A stretch of DNA of 64,000 nt from the human T2T-CHM13v2.0 reference genome, Homo sapiens: NCBI RefSeq assembly GCF_009914755.1, contig NC_060936.1. One strand, written 5' to 3'. Positions 40,985-53,573 of this stretch are shown here, one piece after another. Under the pieces are notes generated by a model. The model worked only from the letters and a program-made list of their open reading frames with translations, had not been told where the DNA came from and ran no database searches. The translations under genes and the position numbers were made by a program. Numbering within the stretch: the first letter of the stretch is position 1; each line of letters begins with the position of its first letter.

Positions 40985-43900
40985 CCTATATATATTTTTA
41001 ACTCTTTTTTTTTAGAATTAGTGGGGGACATGTGATGGTTTGTTAGAAAGGCATACTGTGTGATGCTGAGGTTTGAGATACGATTGAACCCATCACCCAG
41101 AGAGTAAGCATAGTACCCAATAGCTAGTCTTTCGCCCCTTGTTCCCTCTCCTCTCTCCGCTCTTCAGTGTCCCCAGTGTCTATTGGGAACAAGTGAACCC
41201 AATGTTTAGTTCTCACGTATAGGTGAGGATATGCAGTATTTGGTCTTCAGTTTCTGCATCAGTTGACTTAGGATAATGGCCTCCAGCTGCATACAGGTTG
41301 CTGGAAAGAACATGATTTCATTAGTTTTTATGGCTGCTTAGTATTCCATGGTAATATGGTTTGCATCTGTGTCTCTTCCCAAATCTCACGTCGAATTGTA
41401 TTCCCCTACGTTGGAAGTGGAGCCTGGTGGGAGATGATTGGATCATGGAGGCAGTTGCTCGTGAATGGTTTAGTACCATCCCTTTGGTGCTGTTCTTGTG
41501 ATAGTGAGTTCTCATGAGATTTAGTTGTTTAAAAGTGTGTGGCACCTCCCTGCTACCTTTCCTCCTGTTTTAACCATGTGAAGTGCTGACTTCCCCTTCG
41601 CCTTCTGCCATCTTTCCTGAGGCCTCCCTAGAAACCAAGCAGGTGCCAGCATCATGTTTCCTGTACAGCCCGCAGAACCGTAAGCTAATTAAACCTCTTT
41701 TCTTTATAAATTACCAAGTCTCGAGTATTTCTTTATAGCAATGTGAGAACAGACAAATACACATGGAGTACATACAGGATTTTTTAATGCAACCCATGAT
41801 TGATGGGTACCTGGATTAATTCCATGTCTCTGATATTGTGAATAGCACTGCAATGAACCTACAGGTGCATGTGTCTTTTTGCAAGAATGATTTATTTTTC
41901 TTTGGGTATATACCTAGTAATGGGATTGCTGGGTTGAATGATAGCTCAACTCTTAGTTCTTTCAGAAATCTCCAAACTGCTTTCCACAATGGCTGGATTA
42001 ATGTACATTCCAACCAACAGTGTATGGGTCCGCTTTTATCCACACCTTACTAACATCTGTCCTTCTTTAACGTTTTAACAAAAGCCATTCTGATTGGTGT
42101 GAAATGCTAGCTCACTGTGGTTTTTGAGAAGTGTCTTTTCGTGTCTTTTGCCCATTTTTTAATAGGGTCATTTGTTTTTTGCTTTTTGAATTTTATCCAC
42201 ACCATCACCAACATCTGCTATTTTTATAGATTCTGGATATTAGACTTTGTCAGATGCATAGTTTGTGAAAAATTTCTCCCATTCCATAGGTTGTCTGTTT
42301 ACTCCCTTGTTTCTCTTGCTTTGTATAAGCTCTTTGGTTTAATTAGGTATCACTTAACAATTTTTGTTTCCGTTGCAATTGCTTTTGAGGACTTCAGCCA
42401 TAAACTATTTGTCAAGGCCAGTACTTATTTCCTAGGTTTCCTTCTAAGATTTTTACAGTTTAACATCTTAAGTTTAAGTTTTAATTCATCTTGAGTTAAT
42501 TTTTGTATATGGTAATAAGTAAGAGTCCAGTTTGATTCTTGTACATATGGCTAGCCAGTTATCTCAGTACCATTTATTGAATAGGGAGTCTTTTCCCCAT
42601 TGCTTATTTTTGTCAAGTCAAAGATCAGATGGTTGTAGGCATGAAGCTTTATTTCTGGGTTCTTTATCCTGGTCCATTGGTCTATCTGTCTGTTTTTGTA
42701 CTAGTATCATGCTGTTTTTGTTACTGTAGCCTTATGTTATAGTTTGAAGTTGGGTAATGTGGTACTTCTGGCTTTGTTCTTTTTACTTAGGATTGTTTTG
42801 ACTATTTGTGCTCTTTTTTGGTTCCATTTGAATATTAGCACTTTTTTCTAATTCTTTGAAAAAAAAACTCTGATAATTTGATAGGAATGGTGCTGAATAT
42901 GTAAGTTACTTTCAGCAGTACATCATTTTAATAATATTGGTTCTTCCAATCCATGAGCATGGAACGTTTTTTCATTTATTTGTGTCATCTGTTGATTTCT
43001 TTCAGCAGTGTTCTGTAGTTCTTCTGACATAGATCTTTCACCTCCTTGGTTAGCTATATTCCTACGTATTTTATTATTTTTCCGGGTATTGTAACTGCGA
43101 TTGTGTTCTTGATTTGTCTCTCATCTTAAACATTATTGACATATAGAAATGCTACTGATTCTTGTACATTGGCTTTGTATCCTAAGACTTTACTGACATC
43201 TTCTATCAGTTCTATGAGTCTTTTGGTGAAGTATTCAGGGTTTTCAAGGTGCTGAATCATATCATCAGTGAAGACAGAGAGTTTAACTTCTTTTCCTATT
43301 AGACTGCCTTTTCTTTCTTTCTCTTGCCTGATTGCTCTGGCTAGGACTTCTAGTACTATGTAGAATAGGAGTGGTGAGAGTGGGCATCCTTGTCTTGTTC
43401 CAGTTCTCAAGAGGAATGGTTCCAGCTGTTGTCTGTTCAGTATGATGTTGGCCATGGATTTTTCATCAATGACTCTTACTGTTTTGAGGCATATTCCTTT
43501 GACAGCCAGTTTGTTGAGGATTTTTAGCATGAAAGGATACTGAATCTTATTGAAAGTATTTTCTGCATCTGTTGAAATGGTCATGTGGTTTATATCTTTA
43601 ATTCTGTTTATACAGTGAATCACATTTATTGATATGTGTGTGAACCAACCTTACATCCCAGGAATAAGCTTACTTAATCATGATGAATTAACTTTTTGAT
43701 GTGCAGCTGGATTTTGTTTGCTAGTATTTTGTTGATAATGTTTGTGTCTATGTTCATCAGGGATAATGGCCTAAAGTTTTCCTTTTTCGTTGTGTCTCTG
43801 CCAGACTTTGGTATCAGGCTGATGCTGGTTTCATAGAATGAGTGAGGGAGGAATCCCTCCTCTCCTTTTTTGGGAATAGTTTCAGTAGGATTGGTGTCAG

Positions 43901-45105
43901 TTCTTCTTTGTATGTCTGGTGGAATTTGGCTGTGAATCCATCTTGTCTGGGGCTTTTTTGGTTGGTTCTCACTACTGATTCAATTATGGAACTTGTTATT
44001 GGTCTGCTTAGGTTTTCACGTGTTTCATGCTTCAATCTTTGAAGATTAAATGTTTCTAGAAACTTATACATTTCCTCTAGATTTCTAATTTCTAAATCCT
44101 TTAGATTTTTAATTTCCATGTAATTGTGTGGTTTTGAAAGATCTCTGTGGTATTAATTTCTATGTTTATTGCACTGTGGTCCAAGAGGGTGCTTGATATA
44201 ATTACACTTTTAAAAGTGTTCGTAGTTTTCTCTGAGGATCTTTTGTACTCCTGTGGGGTCAGTTGTAATATCACCTTTGTCATTTCTAATTGTGTTTATT
44301 TGGATTTTCTCTCTTTTACTTTGTTAATCTAACTAGTAGGCTATCATTCTTCTTTATTCTTTCAATAAACCAATTTTTGGTTTCGTTGACCTTTTGTGTG
44401 GATTTTTACCTATAAATTTCATTCAGCTTTTTTCTTATTGTAGTTATTTCTCTTTTCCTCTGCTAGCTTTGTTGTAGTTGTTGTTTGTTTTTCTAGTTCC
44501 TCTGGGTGCAATGTTAGAATGTTAATTTGAGATCTTTTTAACTACTCAATACAGGCATTTAGCACTATAAACTTTCCTCATAGCACTGCTTTAGTTTCAT
44601 CCCAAAGATTTTGATACGTTGTTTCCCTGTTTTCATTAATTTCATAGAATTTTTTTATTTCTGCCTTAATTTCATTGTTCACCAAGTTATTCAGGAACAC
44701 GTTATTTAATTTCCATGTAATTGTGTGTTTTTGAAAGATCTCTGTGGTATTAATTTCTGTGTTTATTGCACTGCAGCCCAAGAGGGTGCCTGATATAATT
44801 ACACTTTTAAAAAATTTATTGAGACTTGCTTTATGGCTGAGCATGTGGTTGATCTCGGAAGATGTTCTGTGTGAAGATGAGAAGAATGTTGATTTTGTGT
44901 ATGTTGGGTGGAGGATTCTGCAGACATCTGTTAGGTTCCACTGGTCTAGTGTTGAGTTTAAGTCCAGAATTTGTTAGTCTTCTGTCTCAATGATCTGTCT
45001 AATGCTGTCAGTGGGGTGTTGAAGTATCCCACTTTTATTGTTTGGCTAAGTGTTTTTGTAGGTCAATAAGGGTTTGTTTTATGAATCTGGGTGCTCCAAT
45101 ATTGG
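40985..45105 (-). mobile_element. 5'-truncated L1 (older L1PA/L1PB), ORF2 decayed
   Basis: Minus-strand ORFs 43126-43623 ([15 protein letters not shown] region), 44578-44844 (HKASLNKF, end of endonuclease) and 41816-42043 (C-terminal), broken by stops and frameshifts. Confidence 0.95.
41352..41761 (+). mobile_element. MSTA-like solo LTR inserted in L1
   Basis: t(a)atatggtttgcatctgtgtc..cccaaatctca...ctttatagcaatgtgagaacagacaaataca. 5-bp TSD CATGG at 41347-41351 / 41762-41766. Confidence 0.93.
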
Positions 45106-46047
45106 ATATGTATATATTCAATATATATACACATATATATTCAATACATATTATACATATATATATAACAGTTATGTCTTTGTAGAAGGGTTTTTAAATG
45201 AAGATGAAGGTGTTTGCTTGGGGAAGAATAGATGGAGAGTACTTGGGGCTTTTGCAGAAGTATTCTTAACATGCTATGTGACTGACTAAGCCTGGTGACC
45301 TCTCTGAACCTCAAGGACCTCATCTAGTAAAAGACAATATCATTTTTTCTGCCTACCTCCCAGGGTTGTGGTGGGTGCCATAGATGTGAGGGGGGTTTGA
45401 AAGGTGTGATGTGTTGTAGGAAAAAAGGAGGATTTGTATAAGAGGTAGGAGAAGATTGGCAGCATAAATAGGTTAGGAAAGGGATCACAGCAGTTTGTAC
45501 ACGTAGGCATGTTGGTTTAGACCCACAGCAAGCCGAATGAGCTGTTCTTGCCTATAAATGAAACTGAGTTTCTGAAGGAAGATTCCATTTTAAATTAGGC
45601 AGTGATTGAATTGGTGCCAGTGCATATTGAATGTTTTCTTGTACCTACGGCAACTTGGATAAGAGGCTGACAATATTGGTTCCCGTGGTATTTGGAGACA
45701 TTGGAAAGAATATGGAGCCCATCAGAAGCTAAATCTCAGCCTTAACCGTCTCTGGCCAGGGTAATCCCAGAGGCTGATTGGCTTTAGGTCTGAATTCCAT
45801 GCTCTGCTGCAGGAGTTGGTCAGTGGTGGGAAGCCCCTGACACTGAAGGAGTCAGAGCATATTTGGGGGCAGGGCTTGTCTAACCTGACCATAGTCTTCT
45901 AGGTGTGGACAGTGTCCCCATCCTGAAATAATAAGCTACACTGTCGTTTTTCTCTCTGTGGGGGTATATGACTTCAACATTTTCAGCACCACTGTTGAAA
46001 TCTATTTCCAAATTCCATCAGGATAAATGAACGTAGAGGTGAGATTC

Positions 46048-46426
46048 ATGATCAACCTAAATGCTCATAAATGACAGATTGGAAAAGGAAAATGTGGTAC
46101 ATATACACCATGGAATACTATACAACCATAAAAAGAATGAAATCATGTCTTTGGCAGGAAAATGGATGGAGGTGGAAGCCATTATCCTTAGCAAACTAAC
46201 GCAGAAACAGAAAACCAAATATCACATGTTCTCATTTGTAAGTGGAAGCTAAATAATGAGAACTCATGAACATAAAGGGAACAACAGACACTGGTATCTA
46301 CTTGAGGGTGGAGGGTAGGAGGAAGCAGAGAAGAAAAAAAGATAGCTGTCAGGTACTGGGCTTAATACCTGGGTGATGAAATAATCTGTACAAGAAGCCC
46401 CCTTAACAGGAGTTCATCTATGTAAT
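46048..46426 (+). mobile_element. L1 3' fragment
   Basis: aaaatgtggtacatatacaccatggaatact...attatccttagcaaactaacgcagaaacagaaaaccaaata. Confidence 0.9.
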
Positions 46427-47410
46427 CGAAGACATAGATCGCAAAACAATAGAGCTGAATGTCTTACAATATGGAAGAAATACCTTTGGAGACACCAGTT
46501 TTATGTATAGATTTTGAATCCTGAAATGCTGTTCATAAGTGTTGGATGGCATATTAGAATGGTTTTTATTATTATAATTTAGCGAGGACTACCTAATTCA
46601 TAATTTAAGCTGAATTAATGAACTTATATCACCTGACTTATTTGCCTGAAGAAAGGCATGGTGAAAAACTTGTGAAATAAAGTAACAATAAACTCAAATT
46701 AAAATCCTGTCATAAGCTTAAAATTCACATTTTTTAATTGAAGGATGAGAAGGATAGATATTCACAAGCTCTGCTCTAACACCACTGTGTGTCCTTGGAG
46801 GATTCGTGTGGAGAAAAGTACTAGAAATAGGAAAGTATGTTTTACAGAATTCTATTTCTTGCTACCTTTTGTCAGCCTTCTCTGACACATAGTAATTACA
46901 AAGGTTTTAAGGGGAAAAGAGATGCATTATTATTTTCTTTTTCCTGTCAGCCTTTCCCATAAGGACATAAAGCCTTTATTTTGTTATATTTGCATTTACA
47001 TGGAAGTTTTGAAACTAGCCAACCTGTTTTGAGTGCTAGTTTTGAGGTGTGGGGTGGAATTTTGCAGGTCCGTGTTCAAGGACCCCAAGAGTCATTCAGA
47101 ACTTGTCTTTCAAAACCAGTGTCCTCATCCTCCTCCATCCCCTAAACTCACTTGCCAGTTAAGCAAGACCACCCCATTTAGCCTATGAGAGTTTCCCAAT
47201 AGTTTAGCATGTATTAAGTAATCCATGCACTTTCTCTGTTTCACGCATTGTAGGAGGGTTCCACACACAAAATAAAATTAGATCCCTTCCTTGCACACAA
47301 GGAGATCTCGGTACAGCATAGAGACTGATGTCTCTTATGCTGCACTTAAGCTGCAAATCAGATGAGAACATCATTAAGGAAGCTGCTTACCTGCCTAGGA
47401 CAGAAGATGT

Positions 47411-47733
47411 GTTTTTGTTTTTAAGATAGAATCTCAGTCTCTCGCTCATCCTGACGTGCAATCATGGCTCACTGCAGCCTCAAGCTCCGTGCAATCATGG
47501 CTCACTGCAGCCACAAGCTCTGGGGCTCAGGTGATTCTCCCACCTCAGCCTCTTGAGTCGGTGGGACTACAGGTGCATGCCATTATGTCTGGATAATATT
47601 TTGCATTTTTTTTTATAGAGATGGGGTTTCACCATGTTGCCTAGGCTGGTCTCAAACTCCTGGGCTCAAGTAATCCACCTGCCTCAGCCTCCCAAAGTCC
47701 TGGGATTACAGGCATGAGCCATAACGCCCAGCC
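47411..47733 (-). mobile_element. AluJ with an internal 33-bp tandem duplication
   Basis: Reverse Alu. cgtgcaatcatggctcactgcagcc(t/a)caagctc occurs at 47455 and 47488. Confidence 0.92.
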
Positions 47734-47909
47734 TTGAAGTGAGGTTTTGAAGAAGTAGAAATTTTCCTGGAACAAATATGGGGTAAAAGTAAGAAACCTG
47801 TATATGGAGCAGCTGCCATATGCCAGGCAATTTTCTCAATGATTTATGTGTTAACTAGTCCTCAAAACAGAATGAGCTGTAAGTACTGTTTTGGTTGTTG
47901 CTGTTTGTT

Positions 47910-48606
47910 AGTTTTATTTTATTTTATAGTGGTAAGAACAATTGACATGAAATCTATTCTCTTAATACATTTTAAGTGTATGATAATGTATTGTTGACTG
48001 TAAGTACCATGTTGCCCAACAGATCTCTAGGGCTTAGTCATCTCACTGAACTAAAACTTTATGCTTCTGGATTAGTAACTCCCCATTTCTGTCTCCCCCC
48101 AGCCCCTGACAACCTCCATTTCATTATTTGATTCTACTAATGTGACTATTTTGGGTATCTCATATAAGTGGAATTATGCAGTATTTGTCCCTCCATTACT
48201 GACTTATTTTGCTTACTCTAATGTTCTCCAGTTCACCTATGTTGTTGCAAACATCAGAATTTCCTTTCTTCTTAAAGATTAAATCCTATTCCATTGGATG
48301 AATGTAGCACATTTTCTTTATTCAGTCATCGGTTGGCAGACACTTAGGTTGTTTCTGCATCTTGGCTATTGTTAACAGTGCTGCAATGAACATCCAACAT
48401 AGGGATGCTAATATCTTTTTGAGATCCCAAGTTCTATCCTTTTGTGTAAACACCCAGAAGTGGGATTGCTGGACCACATGGTAGTTCTATATTTAAAGTT
48501 TTGAGGAACTTGGATGTTGTTTTCCATAGAGGCATCCCCATTTTGCATTCCCGCGAGCTGTATGCAAAAGCTGCAATTTCTCCACACCCTCACCAGCTCA
48601 CTCCAC

Positions 48607-48645
<39 letters not shown>

Positions 48646-48845
48646 CTATCTACCCATATATTCATATCTATTTGCATATATATTAGTCATCCTAACAGGT
48701 ATGAGATGATACCTTGTTGCAGTTTTGATTTACATTTCTCCAATAATTAGGGACATTGAGTATCTTTCCATACAGCTGTTGGACATGTGTATGCCTTGTT
48801 TGAAGAAATGTCTATTCATGTCCTTGGCTCATTTTAAAAAATCAG
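47910..48845 (-). mobile_element. L1MA-type 3' end containing (CA)n at ~48610-48643
   Basis: gtggtaagaaca..tgacatgaaatcta...tcatataagtggaattatgcagtatttgtc...cccagaagtgggattgctgg. Confidence 0.85.
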
Positions 48846-49509
48846 GTCATTAGTTTGTTTTAGTTAGTTGAGTTAGTTTGAGTTAGTTTGTTTTTGCTAT
48901 TAATAATTATCTCAAGCTTCTAGGCAAGTAGCCAAGGCTCCCACTGCTCATTTTAGTCACCAGCACCTGCCAATTCACAGTAACCACAAAGGAGGGTTAA
49001 TTCATATTTCAAACTCATTATTCATCTCTTGGATTTTAATAGTTTTATACTTTTCCTCCAGAGTATTCATCTCAATAGGCTTAGCTAATCAGATTTAGGT
49101 TTTAATTAAACAGCTGTCATTTGCTTGCTAGCTCTATGGCAACTTGATGTTATATTAAATTTTAATTTAGCCTAGGCTGGATAAAAACTATCTTTTAAAC
49201 ATCAAAGAACCACTGTTAGCAGGTTACAGTTGTAATTAAGCAGAGGCTGACTGAGATACAGATAGATTCACACACAGGGGAATGATTAGGGATAAACACA
49301 TAAAATCATTATTCAGTCTTGCAGCCTGATTGTGGGAATAAGCAGGACACAGCTGAGTTGGTAGAAGCTTAGGGCAGAAAAGGACAAAATATTTTAGCAA
49401 CTGTACCTTCAGTGTTTTTCCCCCCTTCTCCTTGTCTATTCCCCTCTCCTCTTCTGAAAATCAATTTACATATACATCAGGATGCTTGAAGTTGCCCCAC
49501 AGCTCACTG

Positions 49510-52500
49510 ATGCTCTCCTCATTCCTCCACCTCCTCCTTCTCCTTCTGTCCTCCTCCTCCTTCTCCTCCTCCTCCATCTCCTCCTCCTCCTTCTGTCCTC
49601 CTCTTCCTCTTTCTCCTCCTCCTTCTCCTCCTCATCTTTTCCTCCTCCTCCTCCTTCTCCTTCTTCTTCTCCTCCTCCTTCTCCTCCTTTCTCCTCCTCC
49701 TCCTTCTCCTCCTTCTTCTCCTCCTCCTTCTCCTCCTCCTTCTCTTCCTCCTTCTCCTTCTCCTCCTCCTTCTCCTCCTCCTTCTCCTCCTTCTCCTCAT
49801 CCTCCTTCTCCTCATCCTTCTCCTCCTCCTCCTTCTCCTCCTCCTTCTCCTCGTCCTCCTTCTCCTCCTCCTTCTGTCCTCCTCCTCCTTCTCCTCCTCC
49901 TTCTCCTCCTCTTTCTCCTCCTTCTCCTCCTCCTTCTATCCTCCTCCTCCTTCTCCTCTTCCTCCTTCTCCTCTTCCTCCTTCTCCTCCTCCTACTTCTC
50001 CTCCTCCTTCTCCTCCTCCGCCTCCTTCTCCTCCTCCTTCTCCTCCTCCTTCTCCTCCTCCTCCTCCTCCTCCTCCTTCTCCTCCTCCTCCTACTTCTCC
50101 TCCTCCTCCTCCTTCTCCTCCTTCTCCTCCTCCTCCTTCTCCTCCTCCTCCTCCTTCTCCTCCTCCTCCTGTTCTCCTCCTCCTCCTCCTTCTTCTCCTC
50201 CTCCTTCTCCTCCTTCTCCTCCTCCTTCTCCTCCTCCTCCTTCTTCTCCTCCTCCTTCTCCTCTTCCTTCTATCCTCCTCCTCCTTCTCCTCCTCCTCTT
50301 CCTTCTCCTCTTCCTTCTATCCTCCTCCCCCTCCTCCTCCTTCTCCTCCTCCTCCTGCTCCTCCTCCTTCTCCTCCTTCTCCTCCTCCTTCTCCTCCTCC
50401 TTCTCCTCCTCCTCCTCCTTCTTCTCCTCCTCCTTCTCCTCCTCCTCCTTCTCCTCCTTCTCCTCCTCTTCCTTCTATCCTCCTTCTCCTCCTCCTCCTT
50501 CTCCTCCTTCTCCTCCTCCTCCTTCTCCTCCTCCTTCTCCTCCTTCTCCTCCTCCTCCTTCTCCTCCTTCTCCTCCTCCTTCTCCTCCTTCTCCTTCTCC
50601 TCCTTCTCCTCCTCCTTCTCCACCTCCTTCTCCTCCTTCTCCTCCTCCTTCTCCTCCTTCTCCTCCTCCTTCTCCTCCTTCTCCTCCTCCTTCTCCTCCT
50701 CCTTCTCCTCCTTCTCCTCCTCCTCCTTCTCCTCCTTCTCCTCCTCCTTCTCCTCCTTCTCCTTCTCCTCCTTCTCCTCCTCCTTCTCCACCTCCTTCTC
50801 CTCCTTCTCCTCCTCCTTCTCCTCCTTCTCCTCCTCCTTCTCCTCCTTCTCCTCCTCCTTCTCCTCCTCCTCCTCCTTCTTCTCCTCCTCCTCCTTCTCC
50901 TCTTCCTTCTATCCTCCTCCCCCTCCTCCTCCTTCTCCTCCTCCTCCTCCTTCTCCTCCTCCTCCCTCTCCTCCTTCTCCTCCTTCTCATCCTCCTTCTC
51001 CTCCTTCTCATCCTCCTTCTCCTCCTTCTCCTCCTCCTTCTCCTCCTCCTTCTCCTCCTTCTCCTCCTCCTTCTCCTCCTCCTTCTCCTCCTCCTCCTTC
51101 TTCTCCTCCTCCTCCTTCTCCTCTTCCTTCTATCCTCATCCTCCTTCTCCTCCTCCTCCTCCTTCTCCTCTTCCTTCTATCCTCCTCCCCCTCCTCCTCC
51201 TTCTCCTCCTCCTCCTCCTTCTCCTCCTCCTCCTTCTATCCTCCTCCTCCTTCTCCTCCTCCTCCTCCTCCTTCTCCTCCTTCTCCTCCTTTTCCTTCTA
51301 TCCTCCTCCTCCTTCTCCTCCTCCTCCTTCTCCTCCTCCTCCTTCTCCTCCTCCTCCTTCTCCTCCTCCTCCTTCTCCTCCTCCTCCTTCTCCTCCTCCT
51401 CCTCCTCCTCCTTCTCCTCCTCCTCCTCCTTCTCCTCCTCCTCCTTCTCCTCCTCCTCCTCCTCCTCCTTCTCCTCCTTCTCCTCCTCCTCCTTCTCCTC
51501 CTCTTCCTTCTATCCTCCTCCTCCTTCTTCTCCTCCTCCTCCTCCTCCTTCTCCTCCTTCTCCTCCTCCTCCTTCTCCTCCTTCTCCTCCTCCTTCTCCT
51601 CCTTCTCCTCCTCCTTCTCCTCCTCCTCCTTCTTCTCCTCCTCCTCCTTCTCCTCTTCCTTCTATCCTCCTCCCCCTCCTCCTCCTTCTCCTCCTCCTCC
51701 TTCTCCTCCTTTTCCTCCTTCTCCTCCTCCTTCTCCTCCTTCTCCTTCTCCTCCTCCTCCTTCTCCTCCTTCTCCTTCTCCTCCTCCTCCTCCTCCTCCT
51801 TCTCCTTCTCCTCCTCCTCCTCCTCCTTCTCCTCCTTCTCCTCCTCTTCCTTCTATCCTCCTCCTCCTTCTCCTCCTCCTCCTTCTCCTCTCCTCCTCCT
51901 TCTCCTCCTCCTCCTTCTCCTCCTCCTCCTTCTCCTCCTCCTCCTCCTCCTCCTTCTCCTCCTCCTCCTCCTCCTTCTCCTCCTCCTCCTTCTCCTCCTT
52001 CTCCTCCTCCTCCTCCTCCTTCTCCTCCTCTTCCTTCTATCCTCCTCCTCCTTCTCCTCCTCCTCCTTCTCTTCCTTCTATCCTCCTCCTCCTTCTCTTC
52101 CTTCTATCCTCCTCCTCCTTCTCCTCCTCCTCCTCCTTCTCCTCCTCCTCCTTCTCCTCCTCCTCCTTCTCCTCCTCCTCCTTCTCCTCCTCCTCCTTCT
52201 CCTCCTCCTCCTTCTCCTCCTCCTCCTCCTTCTTCTCCTCCTCCTTCTCCTCCTCCTCCTTCTCCTTCTTCTCCTCCTCTTCCTTCTTCTCCTCCTCCTC
52301 CTTCTCCTCCTCCTCCTCCTTCTCCTCCTCCTCCTTCTCCTCCTCCTGCTTCTCCTCCTCCTTCTCCTCCTCCTTCTCCTCTTCCTCCTTCTCCTCCTCC
52401 TCTTTCTCCTCCTCCTCCTTCTCCTCCTCCTCCTTCTCCTCCTCCTCTTTCTCCTCCTCCTCCTTCTCCTCCTCCTCCTTCTCCTCCTCCTTGTCCTCAT

Positions 52501-52610
52501 TCTCCTCCTCCTTCTCCTCCTCCTCCTTCTCCTCCTCCTTCTGTCCTCGTATTCTCCTCTCCTGCTCCCTTTCCCTCTCCTCCTATTTCATTTTATCCTC
52601 CTCCTTCTAC
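49510..52610. repeat. ~3.1-kb polypyrimidine (CCT)n/(TCTCC) low-complexity tandem repeat
   Basis: The plus strand is almost entirely C/T. Blocks of (cct)1-6 are separated by tct, with a recurring landmark cttccttctatcc. Confidence 0.98.
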
Positions 52611-53299
52611 TCTGTCATTACCATCATCTTTAAATTCTCTTTTCTGTTTTTGTTTCATTTTAAATCCTTTCTACTGATGTATCTTTAAGTTTACTACAAA
52701 TTATATACATTTATACAAAATTATATACATTTACCATAAATAATATAATGCCTTTTGTATTATCTAATATGATGTTAATCCTGGATATTTTTATCTCGGA
52801 TATTATAGTTTTTACCTCTAGAATCTTGATTTGAGTCTTTTTGTGTTTCTTCCATGTTTCCACTTAATTTTTGAAACATTTAAAATAAAATTATAATAAC
52901 TATTTTAATGTCCTTGTATGCCATTTCCTTCATCTGTGTAAGTTCTGGGTTGACTTTTTTTAAAAAATTTTAATTTCAACTTTTATTTTAGATTCAGACG
53001 GTACATGTGCAGAATTGTTCCATGAGAACATTGTGTGATGCTGAGGTTTGGGATAAGGACCCCATCACCCCCGGATAGTGAGCATAGTACCTGATAGGTA
53101 GTTTAGCCCACCCCACCTCCACCCTCTAGTAGTCTACAGTGCCTATTGTTCCCATATTTTATGTCCATGTGTGCTCTATGTCCACTTATAAGTGAGAAGA
53201 TGCAGTGTTTGGTTTTCTGTTTCTGCCTTAATTTGTTTAGGATTACGGCCTCCAGCTACACCCATGTTGCTGCAAAGGACGTGATTTTATTCTTGATCA

Positions 53300-53573
53300 T
53301 ACATCACCTTGGATCACTGCAACCTCCACCTCCCAGGCTCAAGCGATCCTCCCACCTCAGCCCCCATCCTTAAGTAGCTGGGACAGCAAGTGCACACCAC
53401 CATGCCTGCCTCATTTTTGTTTTGCTTTCTTTTTTTTTTTTTTTTTTTTTTTTTTGTAGAGACAGGGTTTCACTATGTTGCCCAAGCTGGTCTCAAATGC
53501 CTAAGCTCAAGCAATCCACCCACCTTGGGCTCCCAAAGTGCTGGGCTAGAGGCATGAGCCACTGCACCTGGCT
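53300..53573 (-). mobile_element. AluJ lacking its 3' end, inserted in L1
   Basis: Reverse Alu from ttggatcactgcaacctcc to gcacctggct. No poly(A) end, and a long T run at the central linker. Confidence 0.88.

Noticed and set aside
43126-43623. 165-aa reverse-transcriptase-like ORF as a functional CDS
   Set aside because: It is a fragment of a decayed L1 ORF2 with flanking stops and frameshifts, and the catalytic FADD motif reads FTDD.
49432-52688. 1081-aa and 1068-aa ORFs (Pro/Ser/Leu-rich, extensin-like) and the antisense Arg/Glu/Gly ORFs
   Set aside because: A C/T-only strand cannot encode stop codons. The frames swap composition at repeat slips and show no domain structure, so these are artefacts of the simple repeat.
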